Positions 24,628 to 33,512 of a DNA stretch of 64,000 nucleotides are shown in pieces. The notes under the pieces were generated by a model. That model was given only the letters and a program-made list of their open reading frames with translations. It was not told the origin of the DNA and searched no databases. This DNA comes from Candidatus Zixiibacteriota bacterium (lineage in GTDB: Bacteria; Zixibacteria; MSB-5A5; GN15; PGXB01), in the NCBI GenBank assembly GCA_040753495.1, contig JBFMEF010000048.1, positions 1,594 to 65,593 of the forward strand, read 5' to 3'. How positions within the stretch are numbered: position 1 is the stretch's first letter; every line of letters starts with the position of its first letter. The position numbers and the translations under genes were made by a program.

Positions 24628-25069
24628 TTATCTTACTCGTTGACCGCCCCCTCTGAAGTGCAATCCGCTTAACTTTCCCGCCGTATGATTTCACAAACTC
24701 CGCCCCGACAATTTCGGAAACCTTATAGTCCGCCCCCTTCACCAGAATGTCAGGTCGAATCATTCTTATCAGCCGCTCCGGTGTTTCTTCGGAGAAAAGC
24801 ACCACATAATCGACTGGCTTGAGGGCATCCAGTATCCGCGCCCGGTCTTTCTCGTTTTGAATCGGACGGTTCTTCCCCTTGAATTTCCGCACCGAGGAAT
24901 CGGTGTTAAGTCCAACAATCAGAATATCGCCGAGCCGTTTCGCCTTGGTGAGGTAATCGACATGTCCGTAATGCAGAATATCAAAGACGCCGTTGGTGAA
25001 GACAATTCTCTTGCCGGACCGGCGGAGGGCAGCCAGAATTGATTTTAGTTTTGTTCTTGGGATTATCAT
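24614..25069 (-). CDS. hldC: D-glycero-beta-D-manno-heptose-1-phosphate adenylyltransferase (RfaE domain II-like cytidylyltransferase fold)
   Basis: 151 aa with FTNGVFDILHYGHVDYL (HxGH motif), LIVGLNTDSSV, RPIQNEKDR and VDYVVLFSEETP. This matches the RfaE-II pattern, and the gene lies downstream of the RfaE-I-like kinase. Confidence 0.8.
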   Translation of the reverse strand: MIIPRTKLKSILAALRRSGKRIVFTNGVFDILHYGHVDYLTKAKRLGDILIVGLNTDSSVRKFKGKNRPIQNEKDRARILDALKPVDYVVLFSEETPERLIRMIRPDILVKGADYKVSEIVGAEFVKSYGGKVKRIALQRGRSTSKIIYRM

Positions 25070-25199
25070 TCTATCGTTCTCACTTGACTTTGCCGAAACC
25101 GTTGATTTTGAGTCTTCGTTCTGGGTTCCCCCGCCAGGTGGAGCATACCGACCGTGGTCGGGAATGCCAATAAGGCGACCATTCGGTCACCGGGCTTCA

Positions 25200-26201
25200 T
25201 CATCCTCCATTCGCAAAATTCCGCTTCAGTTCATCCACCAGTTTCGGAAGCGCCACCGTCGCCGTCCCCAGTTCCCCTACCACAATGCCGGCGGCGCAGT
25301 TCGATATCACAGCCGCTTCTTTCAGGCTCGCTCCCGCCGCCACCGCCGAAACAAAGGCCGAAATCACCGTGTCGCCGGCGCCGGTGACATCAAAAACCTT
25401 TTTCGCCACGGTCGGGAAATGGTCCGCCTCCCCGGACGATTGGAACAGCGACATCCCTTTCTCCCCGCGGGTAATCAGCAGAGAATCGGCTTTCAGCTTA
25501 TCCAGCAACGCCTGTGCTACCGTCTGCAGGTCATCATCAGTCTTGATTCTTCTCCCGGCGGCGAATCCGGCTTCGTGATGATTCGGCGTGATGACCGAAA
25601 CATTCTTGTAATTGAAGAAATGCGTCTCTTTCGGGTCAACGGCGACAAAAATATTTCTTTCGCGGCAGAACGGTATCAACTTCTCCAGAAGCGACGCCGT
25701 AATCACCCCTTTGCCGTAGTCGGAGATTATCACTGCCGCGATTTTTTCCGCGACCGCCTGCACCCGATTCAGTATCTGCCTCTCGGTGTCGCTGGAAATT
25801 TCAAAAGTATCCTCCCGGTCGGCGCGAACTACCTGCTGCGAATGAGCGATGATTCGTGTCTTGATAGTGGTGCGCCGCTCGCCATTGTCGATTAAATACT
25901 CCCGCGAGATATCTCGCTCTTTAAGAAGTTGCGAGAGCTTAATGGCGGCATCATCTTCGCCGATTACGCCAACCAGAATCGGCTCATCGCCGAGGGCGCG
26001 AATATTATTGGCGACATTGGCGGCGCCGCCGAGACGCAGCTGCTCATTGTTGATTTCAACCACCGGAACCGGGGCTTCGGGTGAAATCCGGCTGACCACG
26101 CCGTGAAGATATTCATCGAGCATGATATCGCCGAGAATTAATATCCTTGCTTTTCCGATATTACCGGTTATTTTATCAATTCGGTCAATCTTAATTGGCA
26201 T
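25200..26201 (-). CDS. hldA: D-glycero-beta-D-manno-heptose-7-phosphate kinase (RfaE domain I-like, PfkB family)
   Basis: 333 aa with ILILGDIMLDEY, GGAANVANN and the C-terminal PfkB motif DVTGAGDTVISAF. Confidence 0.8.
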   Translation of the reverse strand: MPIKIDRIDKITGNIGKARILILGDIMLDEYLHGVVSRISPEAPVPVVEINNEQLRLGGAANVANNIRALGDEPILVGVIGEDDAAIKLSQLLKERDISREYLIDNGERRTTIKTRIIAHSQQVVRADREDTFEISSDTERQILNRVQAVAEKIAAVIISDYGKGVITASLLEKLIPFCRERNIFVAVDPKETHFFNYKNVSVITPNHHEAGFAAGRRIKTDDDLQTVAQALLDKLKADSLLITRGEKGMSLFQSSGEADHFPTVAKKVFDVTGAGDTVISAFVSAVAAGASLKEAAVISNCAAGIVVGELGTATVALPKLVDELKRNFANGG

Positions 26202-26292
26202 AATTGAGCGCCTGCTCTACAATTTTAATGATTGACTCAATATATATAAAGTTCAGGCAATTGACAAGAAAAGGAAATGCGAGGTTGATAAA

Positions 26293-26613
26293 ATGGAGAT
26301 AAAACCGCAACAGGTAAATATTGAAATCGGCGAAAAAGAGGCCGAAGGGATTTATGCCAACCTGGTCCTGGTGGCGCATTCCGCAACCGAGATAATTATG
26401 GATTTCGCCCGAATTATGCCCGGCGCGCCCAAAACCCGGGTGCAGGCGCGTATAATCATGACCCCCACACACGCGAAACTTCTGCAGAAAACTCTCGATG
26501 AGAACCTGAAAAAATTCGAGAAGCAATTCGGCGAAATTAAGATACACGGCATTCCGGAAGTACATCCAAAAAACATCGGTTTCGGACCGGCCAGCAACAG
26601 CGAGGAGAAATAA
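26293..26613 (+). CDS. DUF3467 family protein
   Basis: 106 aa. AEGIYANLVLVAHSATEIIMDFARIMPGAPKTRVQARIIMTPTHAKLL closely follows the DUF3467 pattern as I remember it (EGVYSNL..HS..EF..DF....PG.PKA.V..RI..TP.HAKRL). Confidence 0.85.
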   Translation: MEIKPQQVNIEIGEKEAEGIYANLVLVAHSATEIIMDFARIMPGAPKTRVQARIIMTPTHAKLLQKTLDENLKKFEKQFGEIKIHGIPEVHPKNIGFGPASNSEEK

Positions 26614-26614
26614 G

Positions 26615-28351
26615 ATGCCGCAAGGATATTTCGCTTTCGTCTTGCATACTCATCTCCCTTATGTGCTTGCCCATGGCCGTTGGCCGCACGGGATGGACTG
26701 GCTGTCCGAAGCGGCTGCGGAAACTTATCTGCCGCTAATTCGAATTATCAATGAACTGGTTCAGGAGGGATATAAACCGAAACTGACGATAGATATTTCA
26801 CCGGTGCTGACCGAGCAGTTAGCCGATGATTCCTTCAAGACCGAGTTTGAGACTTATCTGGTTCAGAAAATCGACGCCGCCGGAAAAGATGCCGCGGAAT
26901 TCTTCAAATATTCCCAGCCGAATATGCTGGAGAACGCCCATTTCTGGGAAAAATTCTATAAAGACACCCTGGAACAGTTCAATTCCATCAATCGCGATAT
27001 TATCGGTCAGCTGAGACGATTGCAGGAGCGGGGATTTTTGGAGATAATGACCTGCGGCGCGACCCATGGCTATTTCCCTCTTCTCTCGCGCGATGAAACC
27101 GTGCAGGCGCAGGTGAAACTGGCGGTGAAGAACTATGAAAAGCATTTCGGGCGAAGACCGCGCGGGATATGGCTGCCCGAGTGCGCCTATCGTCCCCGCT
27201 ACAAATGGGCGCCGCCGGTGCCGATTGACGGCTCCCAGGAGGCATACCAGCGAAAAGGTGTGGATGAATTCCTCTCCGAGAACGGGATTGATTTCTTCAT
27301 TGTCGATTCAGCGTTGCTGAAAGGGGGAAAATCGATTGGTGTCTACCTTGACCGGTTCGAGGCGTTAAAACGTCTCTGGGGACAATTCGAAGCCCAATAT
27401 CGCCCGCGCGAAGAGCAGAAAGATAAAACCCCCCGCGAGGTCTATCTGGTCAGCTCCTCACCCGAAGGAAAAAAGCCGACTTCGATTTTCACCCGCGACC
27501 CGGAGACAGGGCTTCTGGTCTGGTCCGGCGAACATGGATATCCCGGCGATGGAAATTATCTCGATTTCCATAAGAAACGTTTTCCGGGAGGGCATCGTTA
27601 CTGGGCGGTAACCTCATCGAAGTCCGACTTAGCCGACAAGGTGGAGTATTTTCGCAAGACTGCCCTGGCCCGCATTGGGGAGAATTCGGAACATTTTGTC
27701 GGAAAGATTCATGATATCGTTACCGGATATTACGAACAGTCGCATCGGGCGGGGATTTTGACAGCGCCATATGATGCCGAACTTTTCGGGCACTGGTGGT
27801 TCGAAGGTCCGCTGTTTTTGAAGGAAGTGCTTCGGAAAATCTGCCTTGACCCCGAAGTAGATTTGACCTTTCTGGCGGAACATCTCGATAGAGTGCAGCC
27901 GACCGAAGTAATTTCAATACCGGAGGGAAGCTGGGGCGAAGGGGGGAACCATTATATCTGGCTCAACGCTGAGAATGAATGGACCTGGAAACATATCTAT
28001 GAGGCGGAGAAAAAACTCTGCGCCCTGGCGCGCCATTATGAGGCAAATAAAAGCACGATTTCGGATGAATTGACCGAACTTATCAAGCAGCTGGCGCGGG
28101 AGTTGATGCTGATGGCCGCTTCCGACTGGCAGTTCCTGATTTCAACCTGGTCAGCCCGCGATTATGCCGAACTGCGGTTGTCGGAACATTGGTCGATATT
28201 CAAGCGCCTCGCAGAGATGGCCGACAGGATGATTGCCGGGGAGAGTCCGTCCCTCGGCGATTGGGAGTTCTACTCCGACTGCAAGAAACGGGACGCCCTC
28301 TTTCCGGAAATCGAACTGGAGTGGTTCGCGCGGGTAGAATACCCGGCTTAA
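26615..28351 (+). CDS. GH57-family 1,4-alpha-glucan branching enzyme
   Basis: 578 aa. The N-terminal YFAFVLHTHLPYV, GIWLPECAY and DAELFGHWWFEG motifs, plus the C-terminal helical DUF1957-like region, are typical of GH57 branching enzymes. Confidence 0.85.
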   Translation: MPQGYFAFVLHTHLPYVLAHGRWPHGMDWLSEAAAETYLPLIRIINELVQEGYKPKLTIDISPVLTEQLADDSFKTEFETYLVQKIDAAGKDAAEFFKYSQPNMLENAHFWEKFYKDTLEQFNSINRDIIGQLRRLQERGFLEIMTCGATHGYFPLLSRDETVQAQVKLAVKNYEKHFGRRPRGIWLPECAYRPRYKWAPPVPIDGSQEAYQRKGVDEFLSENGIDFFIVDSALLKGGKSIGVYLDRFEALKRLWGQFEAQYRPREEQKDKTPREVYLVSSSPEGKKPTSIFTRDPETGLLVWSGEHGYPGDGNYLDFHKKRFPGGHRYWAVTSSKSDLADKVEYFRKTALARIGENSEHFVGKIHDIVTGYYEQSHRAGILTAPYDAELFGHWWFEGPLFLKEVLRKICLDPEVDLTFLAEHLDRVQPTEVISIPEGSWGEGGNHYIWLNAENEWTWKHIYEAEKKLCALARHYEANKSTISDELTELIKQLARELMLMAASDWQFLISTWSARDYAELRLSEHWSIFKRLAEMADRMIAGESPSLGDWEFYSDCKKRDALFPEIELEWFARVEYPA

Positions 28352-28458
28352 GAGAAAAAGCGGTATCTGTCGGAGACTAAGGCAGTACTATAATATCAGA
28401 GCGGTTCGGGCCGCCCGAGGATACTCTCCCTGTCAGATAAGGGGCATTAATTTTTATA

Positions 28459-28713
28459 TTGCCAAAATATATTTATGATGCCGATTTTACTGCCGTGAAA
28501 CTGCTTAAGTCAAAAGAAAAAAGCAAATGCCCTTATTGTATGGAAGAGATTGCGCCGGGGGCGATAGTCTGCAAGCACTGCCATACCATTCTAAAAAAGC
28601 CGGAGAAGAAAAAGTCGCGACCCTGGTGGGTTGGAAATTATATGCTCGGCATTTACACCGGCATCGCTTTCATGGGGCTAATGATCTATCTTTATCAGCG
28701 GATATTCGGCTGA
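28459..28713 (+). CDS. tail-anchored zinc-ribbon microprotein (84 aa)
   Basis: It contains CPYC-x14-CKHC (zinc ribbon), a Lys-rich linker (KKPEKKKSRP) and a C-terminal TM helix (WWVGNYMLGIYTGIAFMGLMIYLY). The only canonical in-frame start that includes both Cys pairs is the TTG at 28459, which has a weak SD, so the start is uncertain. Confidence 0.5.
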   Translation: MPKYIYDADFTAVKLLKSKEKSKCPYCMEEIAPGAIVCKHCHTILKKPEKKKSRPWWVGNYMLGIYTGIAFMGLMIYLYQRIFG

Positions 28714-28785
28714 GACCGGCCATTTATTCCTTTGACGGATTCGCCCTCTCTACTTATTTTATATCAACAAATCGCCTGAGGCTTT

Positions 28786-31116
28786 ATGGACAAACCGCCT
28801 AAAATCAGGGACGATCTGGTTATCCGGGAAGTGACCGCTAAAGACGGCTCCAAGAACTTTGTAATCAAAGACCCGATAACCGGTCTCTTCTTTCAGGTGC
28901 GGGAGCCGGAATACTTCATAATTACAAGTTTTGATGGCGCCAAGGGGTCTGCTGATATCGCGGTCGAATTCACCAAGCGGTTCAATCTGGAAATTGATGC
29001 CGCTTCTATTGAGGGCTTTGCGGCGCACCTGCAAAAGCTCTGCTTTCTTGACAATGACCTGACCCGGCTGGAACTGCTGCGACGGCAGCGGGAAGCGACC
29101 AGAGAACCAAAACAATCCCTTCTCGGCAGACTGCTGTTTATAAAACTGAAAGCCATCGACCCGGGCCGCCTGTTTGACCGGCTGATAAATCGTGTGCGGC
29201 TATTCTTCACGCCGCAATTTGTCGCTCTGGCGGCTTTTCTGATTCTCCTGGCTGTACTCGTATCATTGAATAACAGCCGCGATATACTCCGGGGAATGGG
29301 GGAGATTCTCTCGGTTCAGGGGATAATCATCTTATATCTTTCAATGCTCATGGTGGCGGTATTGCATGAATTCGCGCACGGGCTGACCTGCAAATTTTAC
29401 GGCGGCGAGGTGCGCGATATCGGCTTCCTACTGCTTTATTTTCAGCCCGCCTTCTACTGCAATGTCAGCGACGCCTGGCTCTTTACCGAAAAGAGAAAAC
29501 GTCTCTGGGTCTCCTTCTCGGGCGGGTTCTTTCAAATTTTCATCTGGTCGCTGTCGGTGCTGGTCTGGAGAGTTACCGCGACCGATACGGCGATAAATCT
29601 GGTGGCGCTGGCTGTGATGGCTTTCTCGGGAGTTGCCACCCTGTTTAATTTCAATCCTCTTCTTAAATATGACGGCTATTATATCCTCAGCGATTATCTG
29701 GAGATTCCCAATCTTCGCCAGAAAGCCGGAAGATACTGGAAAGGGCTGCTTAGACGGCTCCTGCTGGGACAATGGCGTGATGACTCCGGGTACAGCCGCC
29801 GCGAGAAAAGAATCTATTTTTATTATGGAATTTTATCTTTTATTTATGTAGTCTTTATTCTGGGATACTTCTTTATGATGCTGGCGCAGTTCCTGGTATC
29901 CCGATTGGGCGGCACCGGCTTCTTGATATTTGCCGCCATTATGGTCTTTCTATTCAGGAATCTGATTATGGACGCAGTCAAAGAGACAGGTCGAGCCATA
30001 AAAGCGGAAGGAAGTCTTCTCCGTCGCTGGCCCGGGCGGATAACAGCGGCGATTATTCTGGTCGGTTTGATATTTCTGGTCGCGTTCGTGAAAGTCGAAC
30101 TGCGGGTGAAAGGGGAACTGGAAATCGGCCCGCGCCAGATTTTAACGCTGAAATACAACAGCGCCGGATATGCGGAACTTTTGCAGTACGACAAATCGAG
30201 CCGTTCCACCGGACAGAAGCGGGAAGTGAGCACCTTTTCGAGCGACTATACTACCACTCGATTGCTGCCGCTGGTCAGCATCGGCGACAGCATCGTGGCG
30301 GGACAGGTAATCGCCCGCCTGATTAATACCGAGACTTCGCACCTGATAAATGAATATACGGCGCGTCTGCGTGAGGCGGAGGAGCAACTGGCGATTCTTC
30401 AGCAGGGAGCGCGACCACAGGAAATAGAAGAGGCGCGCAATACCGTCCGGGAAATGCAGGCAAAATTGGACCAGGCGAGTTTGAATCTGACCCGGATTAA
30501 TGAAATGTATGCGAAAAATCTCGTAGCGAAACAGGCCTGGGAGGATGCCCGGGCTGATTCCCTGGTCTGGGACGCGCGCCTCAAAGGGGCGCAGAACCGT
30601 CTCTATTTATTAAAAGCCGGGACCCGCCCGGAAGAGATTAAAGCGAAAGAAGCCGAAATCGACCGTCTTAAAAGCCAGATAGACTTCCATTCCCGTCAAC
30701 AGGATGCCTACGAGATTAAGGCGACCATTTCGGGCATGGTGCTTCATCTCGATACCGGGGAGACCGTGTGCGAAATCGCCAACCTGGACACGGTGGAAGC
30801 GATGATTACTCTGTCGGAAAAAGAACTGGCCGATATCGGCCTGGGGCAAAAAGTGAAATTCAAAGTGCGCGGATATCCCGAGTTATCTTTCTACGGTGAT
30901 GTCTATCGGATTGACAATAAGATTGTGGAGAATGTCAATGGGGAGCGAGTCTTTCAGACCGCCTGTCTGGTGCCTAATGACGCTCATCTTCTCCGACCGG
31001 GAATGACCGGTGTCGCCAATGTGTACTGCGGCAAGAGAAAAGTCGGTCATCATATATACCGCAAATTTTTCCGCACCATCCGCACCGAGTTCTGGGACTG
31101 GTTTGACTGGTTATAA
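28786..31116 (+). CDS. fusion protein: PqqD-like N-terminal domain / M50 site-2 metalloprotease / HlyD-family membrane-fusion (periplasmic adaptor) domain
   Basis: 776 aa. Residues ~30-95 show a PqqD-like pattern (FFQVREPEYFIITSFDGAKGSADIAVEFTKRFNLEIDAASIEGFAAHLQKL). HEFAHGL (HExxH) and NFNPLLKYDGYY (NxxPxxxxDG) sit in a multi-TM core, which identifies M50. Residues ~450-776 have a coiled coil plus a beta-barrel typical of HlyD adaptors. Confidence 0.85.
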   Translation: MDKPPKIRDDLVIREVTAKDGSKNFVIKDPITGLFFQVREPEYFIITSFDGAKGSADIAVEFTKRFNLEIDAASIEGFAAHLQKLCFLDNDLTRLELLRRQREATREPKQSLLGRLLFIKLKAIDPGRLFDRLINRVRLFFTPQFVALAAFLILLAVLVSLNNSRDILRGMGEILSVQGIIILYLSMLMVAVLHEFAHGLTCKFYGGEVRDIGFLLLYFQPAFYCNVSDAWLFTEKRKRLWVSFSGGFFQIFIWSLSVLVWRVTATDTAINLVALAVMAFSGVATLFNFNPLLKYDGYYILSDYLEIPNLRQKAGRYWKGLLRRLLLGQWRDDSGYSRREKRIYFYYGILSFIYVVFILGYFFMMLAQFLVSRLGGTGFLIFAAIMVFLFRNLIMDAVKETGRAIKAEGSLLRRWPGRITAAIILVGLIFLVAFVKVELRVKGELEIGPRQILTLKYNSAGYAELLQYDKSSRSTGQKREVSTFSSDYTTTRLLPLVSIGDSIVAGQVIARLINTETSHLINEYTARLREAEEQLAILQQGARPQEIEEARNTVREMQAKLDQASLNLTRINEMYAKNLVAKQAWEDARADSLVWDARLKGAQNRLYLLKAGTRPEEIKAKEAEIDRLKSQIDFHSRQQDAYEIKATISGMVLHLDTGETVCEIANLDTVEAMITLSEKELADIGLGQKVKFKVRGYPELSFYGDVYRIDNKIVENVNGERVFQTACLVPNDAHLLRPGMTGVANVYCGKRKVGHHIYRKFFRTIRTEFWDWFDWL

Positions 31117-31268
31117 GCCCGGTAAGCCCCGGCTAAAATATCCTCTTGATTAACAAGTCGCCAATCCAGGTCGCGTTGGAAAAACGGGACGAAACCGGGC
31201 GGGAGCGGCTCTATGACCGCGTTATTTTCTTTTCTACTATCATTGTATCTCCTATATTGGCGTCAGGT

Positions 31269-31883
31269 ATGAACAGCAGCCTGATTTCAGAGCTCTCCGC
31301 CAAAGGGTACTGGCCCGCGCTCGCAATGGAATATTTTCTGGAGAAGAAATTCTCCCGGGCAATCGAGCTTTGCCGCCTGAGACTCTCGGAATGTCCGGAA
31401 CTGATTTCGGGGCGAACAATCCTTGCCCGGGCGTTGTTTCATACCGGGCAGATGGAATTGTCGCAGCAGGAGTTTTACCGAGTACTGGAGAAAGACCCGG
31501 ACAATCTCGTGGCGCTGAAATATCTGGGAGATATCAAATTCTATTCCGGCGACAGCGCCAGCGCCTTTTCATATTATGAGCGATTTCTCCTGACGGCACC
31601 CGCTTCCGAAGGACTGGCGTCGTCGATAGCCGACCGACCTTTTACGGCAACCAAAATTGTAATGCTCCGTAAGGGAGAAGATAAGAGAGATACCGCCGAG
31701 GAAAAATTGCGCGATATACCGTTCCGAACCGAAACTCTGGGAAACCTCCTGATGGCGCAAGGGTACTATCGCCTGGCTCTGAAAGTGTTCAATGAACTGG
31801 CGGAAGCCGGTATCAACCCCCGAATTTCCGAGAAGATTGAAATAATAGAAGCATCATTAAGCAAGGACAAGAAAAATGCATAA
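31269..31883 (+). CDS. TPR-repeat protein
   Basis: TPR-like helices run from GYWPALAMEYFLEKKFSRAIELC onward. The ATG at 31269 is chosen. The ORF track starts at a TTG at 31146, which would add a hydrophobic N-terminal segment, so the start is unresolved. Confidence 0.6.
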   Translation: MNSSLISELSAKGYWPALAMEYFLEKKFSRAIELCRLRLSECPELISGRTILARALFHTGQMELSQQEFYRVLEKDPDNLVALKYLGDIKFYSGDSASAFSYYERFLLTAPASEGLASSIADRPFTATKIVMLRKGEDKRDTAEEKLRDIPFRTETLGNLLMAQGYYRLALKVFNELAEAGINPRISEKIEIIEASLSKDKKNA

Positions 31884-32949
31884 GAAACGAATTGAAAAAA
31901 TACAGAGACAACTCGCTGCGGAAAATCTTGATGGTTTCCTGGTGAATCGGCTGGTGCATATTCGATATCTCTGCGGATACAGCGGCTCTTCGGGGCTTCT
32001 GATTGTCAGAGAAAAAGACGCCTTCTTTCTCACCGATTTCAGATACAAGGACCAGGCCGCCAAAGAGGTCAAAGGGGCAAAAGTCATAATTACGAAAGGG
32101 GACGCGATTTCCGAGTTGAAAGACCTCAAGCAGTTCCAGGGGAAAAATCTTAGATACGGTTTCGAATCGGCGCACGTGACACACGGCGAATTGCAGAGAA
32201 TTCAAAACGGCTTAGCCGGCGCCTTGCTCGTTCCGGCGACCGATATGGTGGAGCAATTCTCGGTGATAAAAGACGCCGATGAGATTGCCTCGCTGCAAAA
32301 AGCGATGGATATAACTGATACCGCTTTCGAACGAATCCTGGGATACCTTCGTCCCGGTCTCAGGGAAAACGAAGTCCGCGCGGAACTGGAATACCAGATG
32401 ATGACCCTTGGTTCGGAGAAGCCGGCATTTGAGACCATTGTGGCATCGGGATACCGCTCTGCCATGCCTCACGGGGTGGCATCGAAAAAGAAAATCGCCA
32501 GAGGAGACTTTGTCACTTTTGACTTCGGAGCTATGTATAACGGATATACCGCCGACCTCACCAGAACTGTGGTAGTCGGCAAAGCCAGCGACCGGCAGAG
32601 AAAGGTCTATAATATCGTTTTGCGGGCGCAACTTGCTGCGATAAAAAAGGTTAGACATGGTGTGGAAGGAAAGATGGTAGATAAAGTGGCGCGCGATATC
32701 ATTAACAAGGCGGGGTTTGGGAAAAACTTCGGACATGGTTTAGGGCATGGCTTGGGAGTCTATATTCATTCAAAGCCGAATGTTGGTCCACGCAGCACCG
32801 ACACACTTAAGTCAGGGATGGTCATAACGATAGAGCCCGGAATCTACATTTCCGGCTGGGGTGGGGTAAGAATTGAGGATGACGTTCTCGTGACCACAAG
32901 GGGTGGTAGAGTGATGACCCGGTCACCAAAAAATTTGTTTGAACTGTAG
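31876..32949 (+). CDS. M24-family Xaa-Pro aminopeptidase/dipeptidase
   Basis: 357 aa with a creatinase-like N-domain and a pita-bread domain carrying metal-ligand motifs (DFGAMYNGYTADLTRT, HGLGHGLG, TIEPGIY, RIEDDVLV). Confidence 0.85.
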   Translation: MHKKRIEKIQRQLAAENLDGFLVNRLVHIRYLCGYSGSSGLLIVREKDAFFLTDFRYKDQAAKEVKGAKVIITKGDAISELKDLKQFQGKNLRYGFESAHVTHGELQRIQNGLAGALLVPATDMVEQFSVIKDADEIASLQKAMDITDTAFERILGYLRPGLRENEVRAELEYQMMTLGSEKPAFETIVASGYRSAMPHGVASKKKIARGDFVTFDFGAMYNGYTADLTRTVVVGKASDRQRKVYNIVLRAQLAAIKKVRHGVEGKMVDKVARDIINKAGFGKNFGHGLGHGLGVYIHSKPNVGPRSTDTLKSGMVITIEPGIYISGWGGVRIEDDVLVTTRGGRVMTRSPKNLFEL

Positions 32950-32999
32950 TTTTAATTTGTTATCTTTTTTTCCGTTCCCAAGCCCCTACGAGGTGGAAT

Positions 33000-33485
33000 A
33001 TGCGTGAGAAAACGATTAAGAAATTGATAAGATTGGTTGAAGAATCAGATATTGATCAGCTTGAAGTTACCAGCTGGGGTCGGACGGTAAGAATCACTCG
33101 CCGGATGAGCGGTCGCAACGGCAAGTCCGACCAGCCGGCGGTCATACAGACTGTCGCCCCGGTGGCGATGCCGCCGGCGGCTGTGACTTCAGCGCCGCCG
33201 ACTGCGGCAGTGGAGACGAAGCCTTCTGATGCCGAAAAGAACTATGTAGAGATCAAGTCACCTATGGTGGGGACATTCTACGCCGCGCCGGCCCCGGATA
33301 CCCCGCCCTACGTGAAACTGGGTCAGAAAATTTCGGTCGGTCAGGTGGTTTGTATCGTCGAGGCGATGAAACTGATGAATGAAATAGAATCAGAAGTCGC
33401 CGGCACCGTTACAAAAATTCTCGTGGAAAACGCCCAGCCCGTCGAATTCGGGCAGGTTCTGTTCCTGATCGACCCGCAAGGTTAA
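33000..33485 (+). CDS. accB: acetyl-CoA carboxylase biotin carboxyl carrier protein
   Basis: 161 aa with a Pro/Ala linker and the biotinyl-lysine motif VEAMKLMNEIE. Confidence 0.9.
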   Translation: MREKTIKKLIRLVEESDIDQLEVTSWGRTVRITRRMSGRNGKSDQPAVIQTVAPVAMPPAAVTSAPPTAAVETKPSDAEKNYVEIKSPMVGTFYAAPAPDTPPYVKLGQKISVGQVVCIVEAMKLMNEIESEVAGTVTKILVENAQPVEFGQVLFLIDPQG

Positions 33486-33512
33486 GTTAAGAACACCTTC
33501 AGGAGGCGGGAT

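Noticed and set aside
24385-24672. 95-aa plus-strand ORF, and the 80-aa minus-strand ORF at 24354-24596, in the hairpin-rich spacer.
   Set aside because: The translations are P/G/A/S-rich and are dictated by the GC-rich palindromes. Neither has an SD, and the plus-strand ORF runs into the hldC-like gene on the opposite strand.
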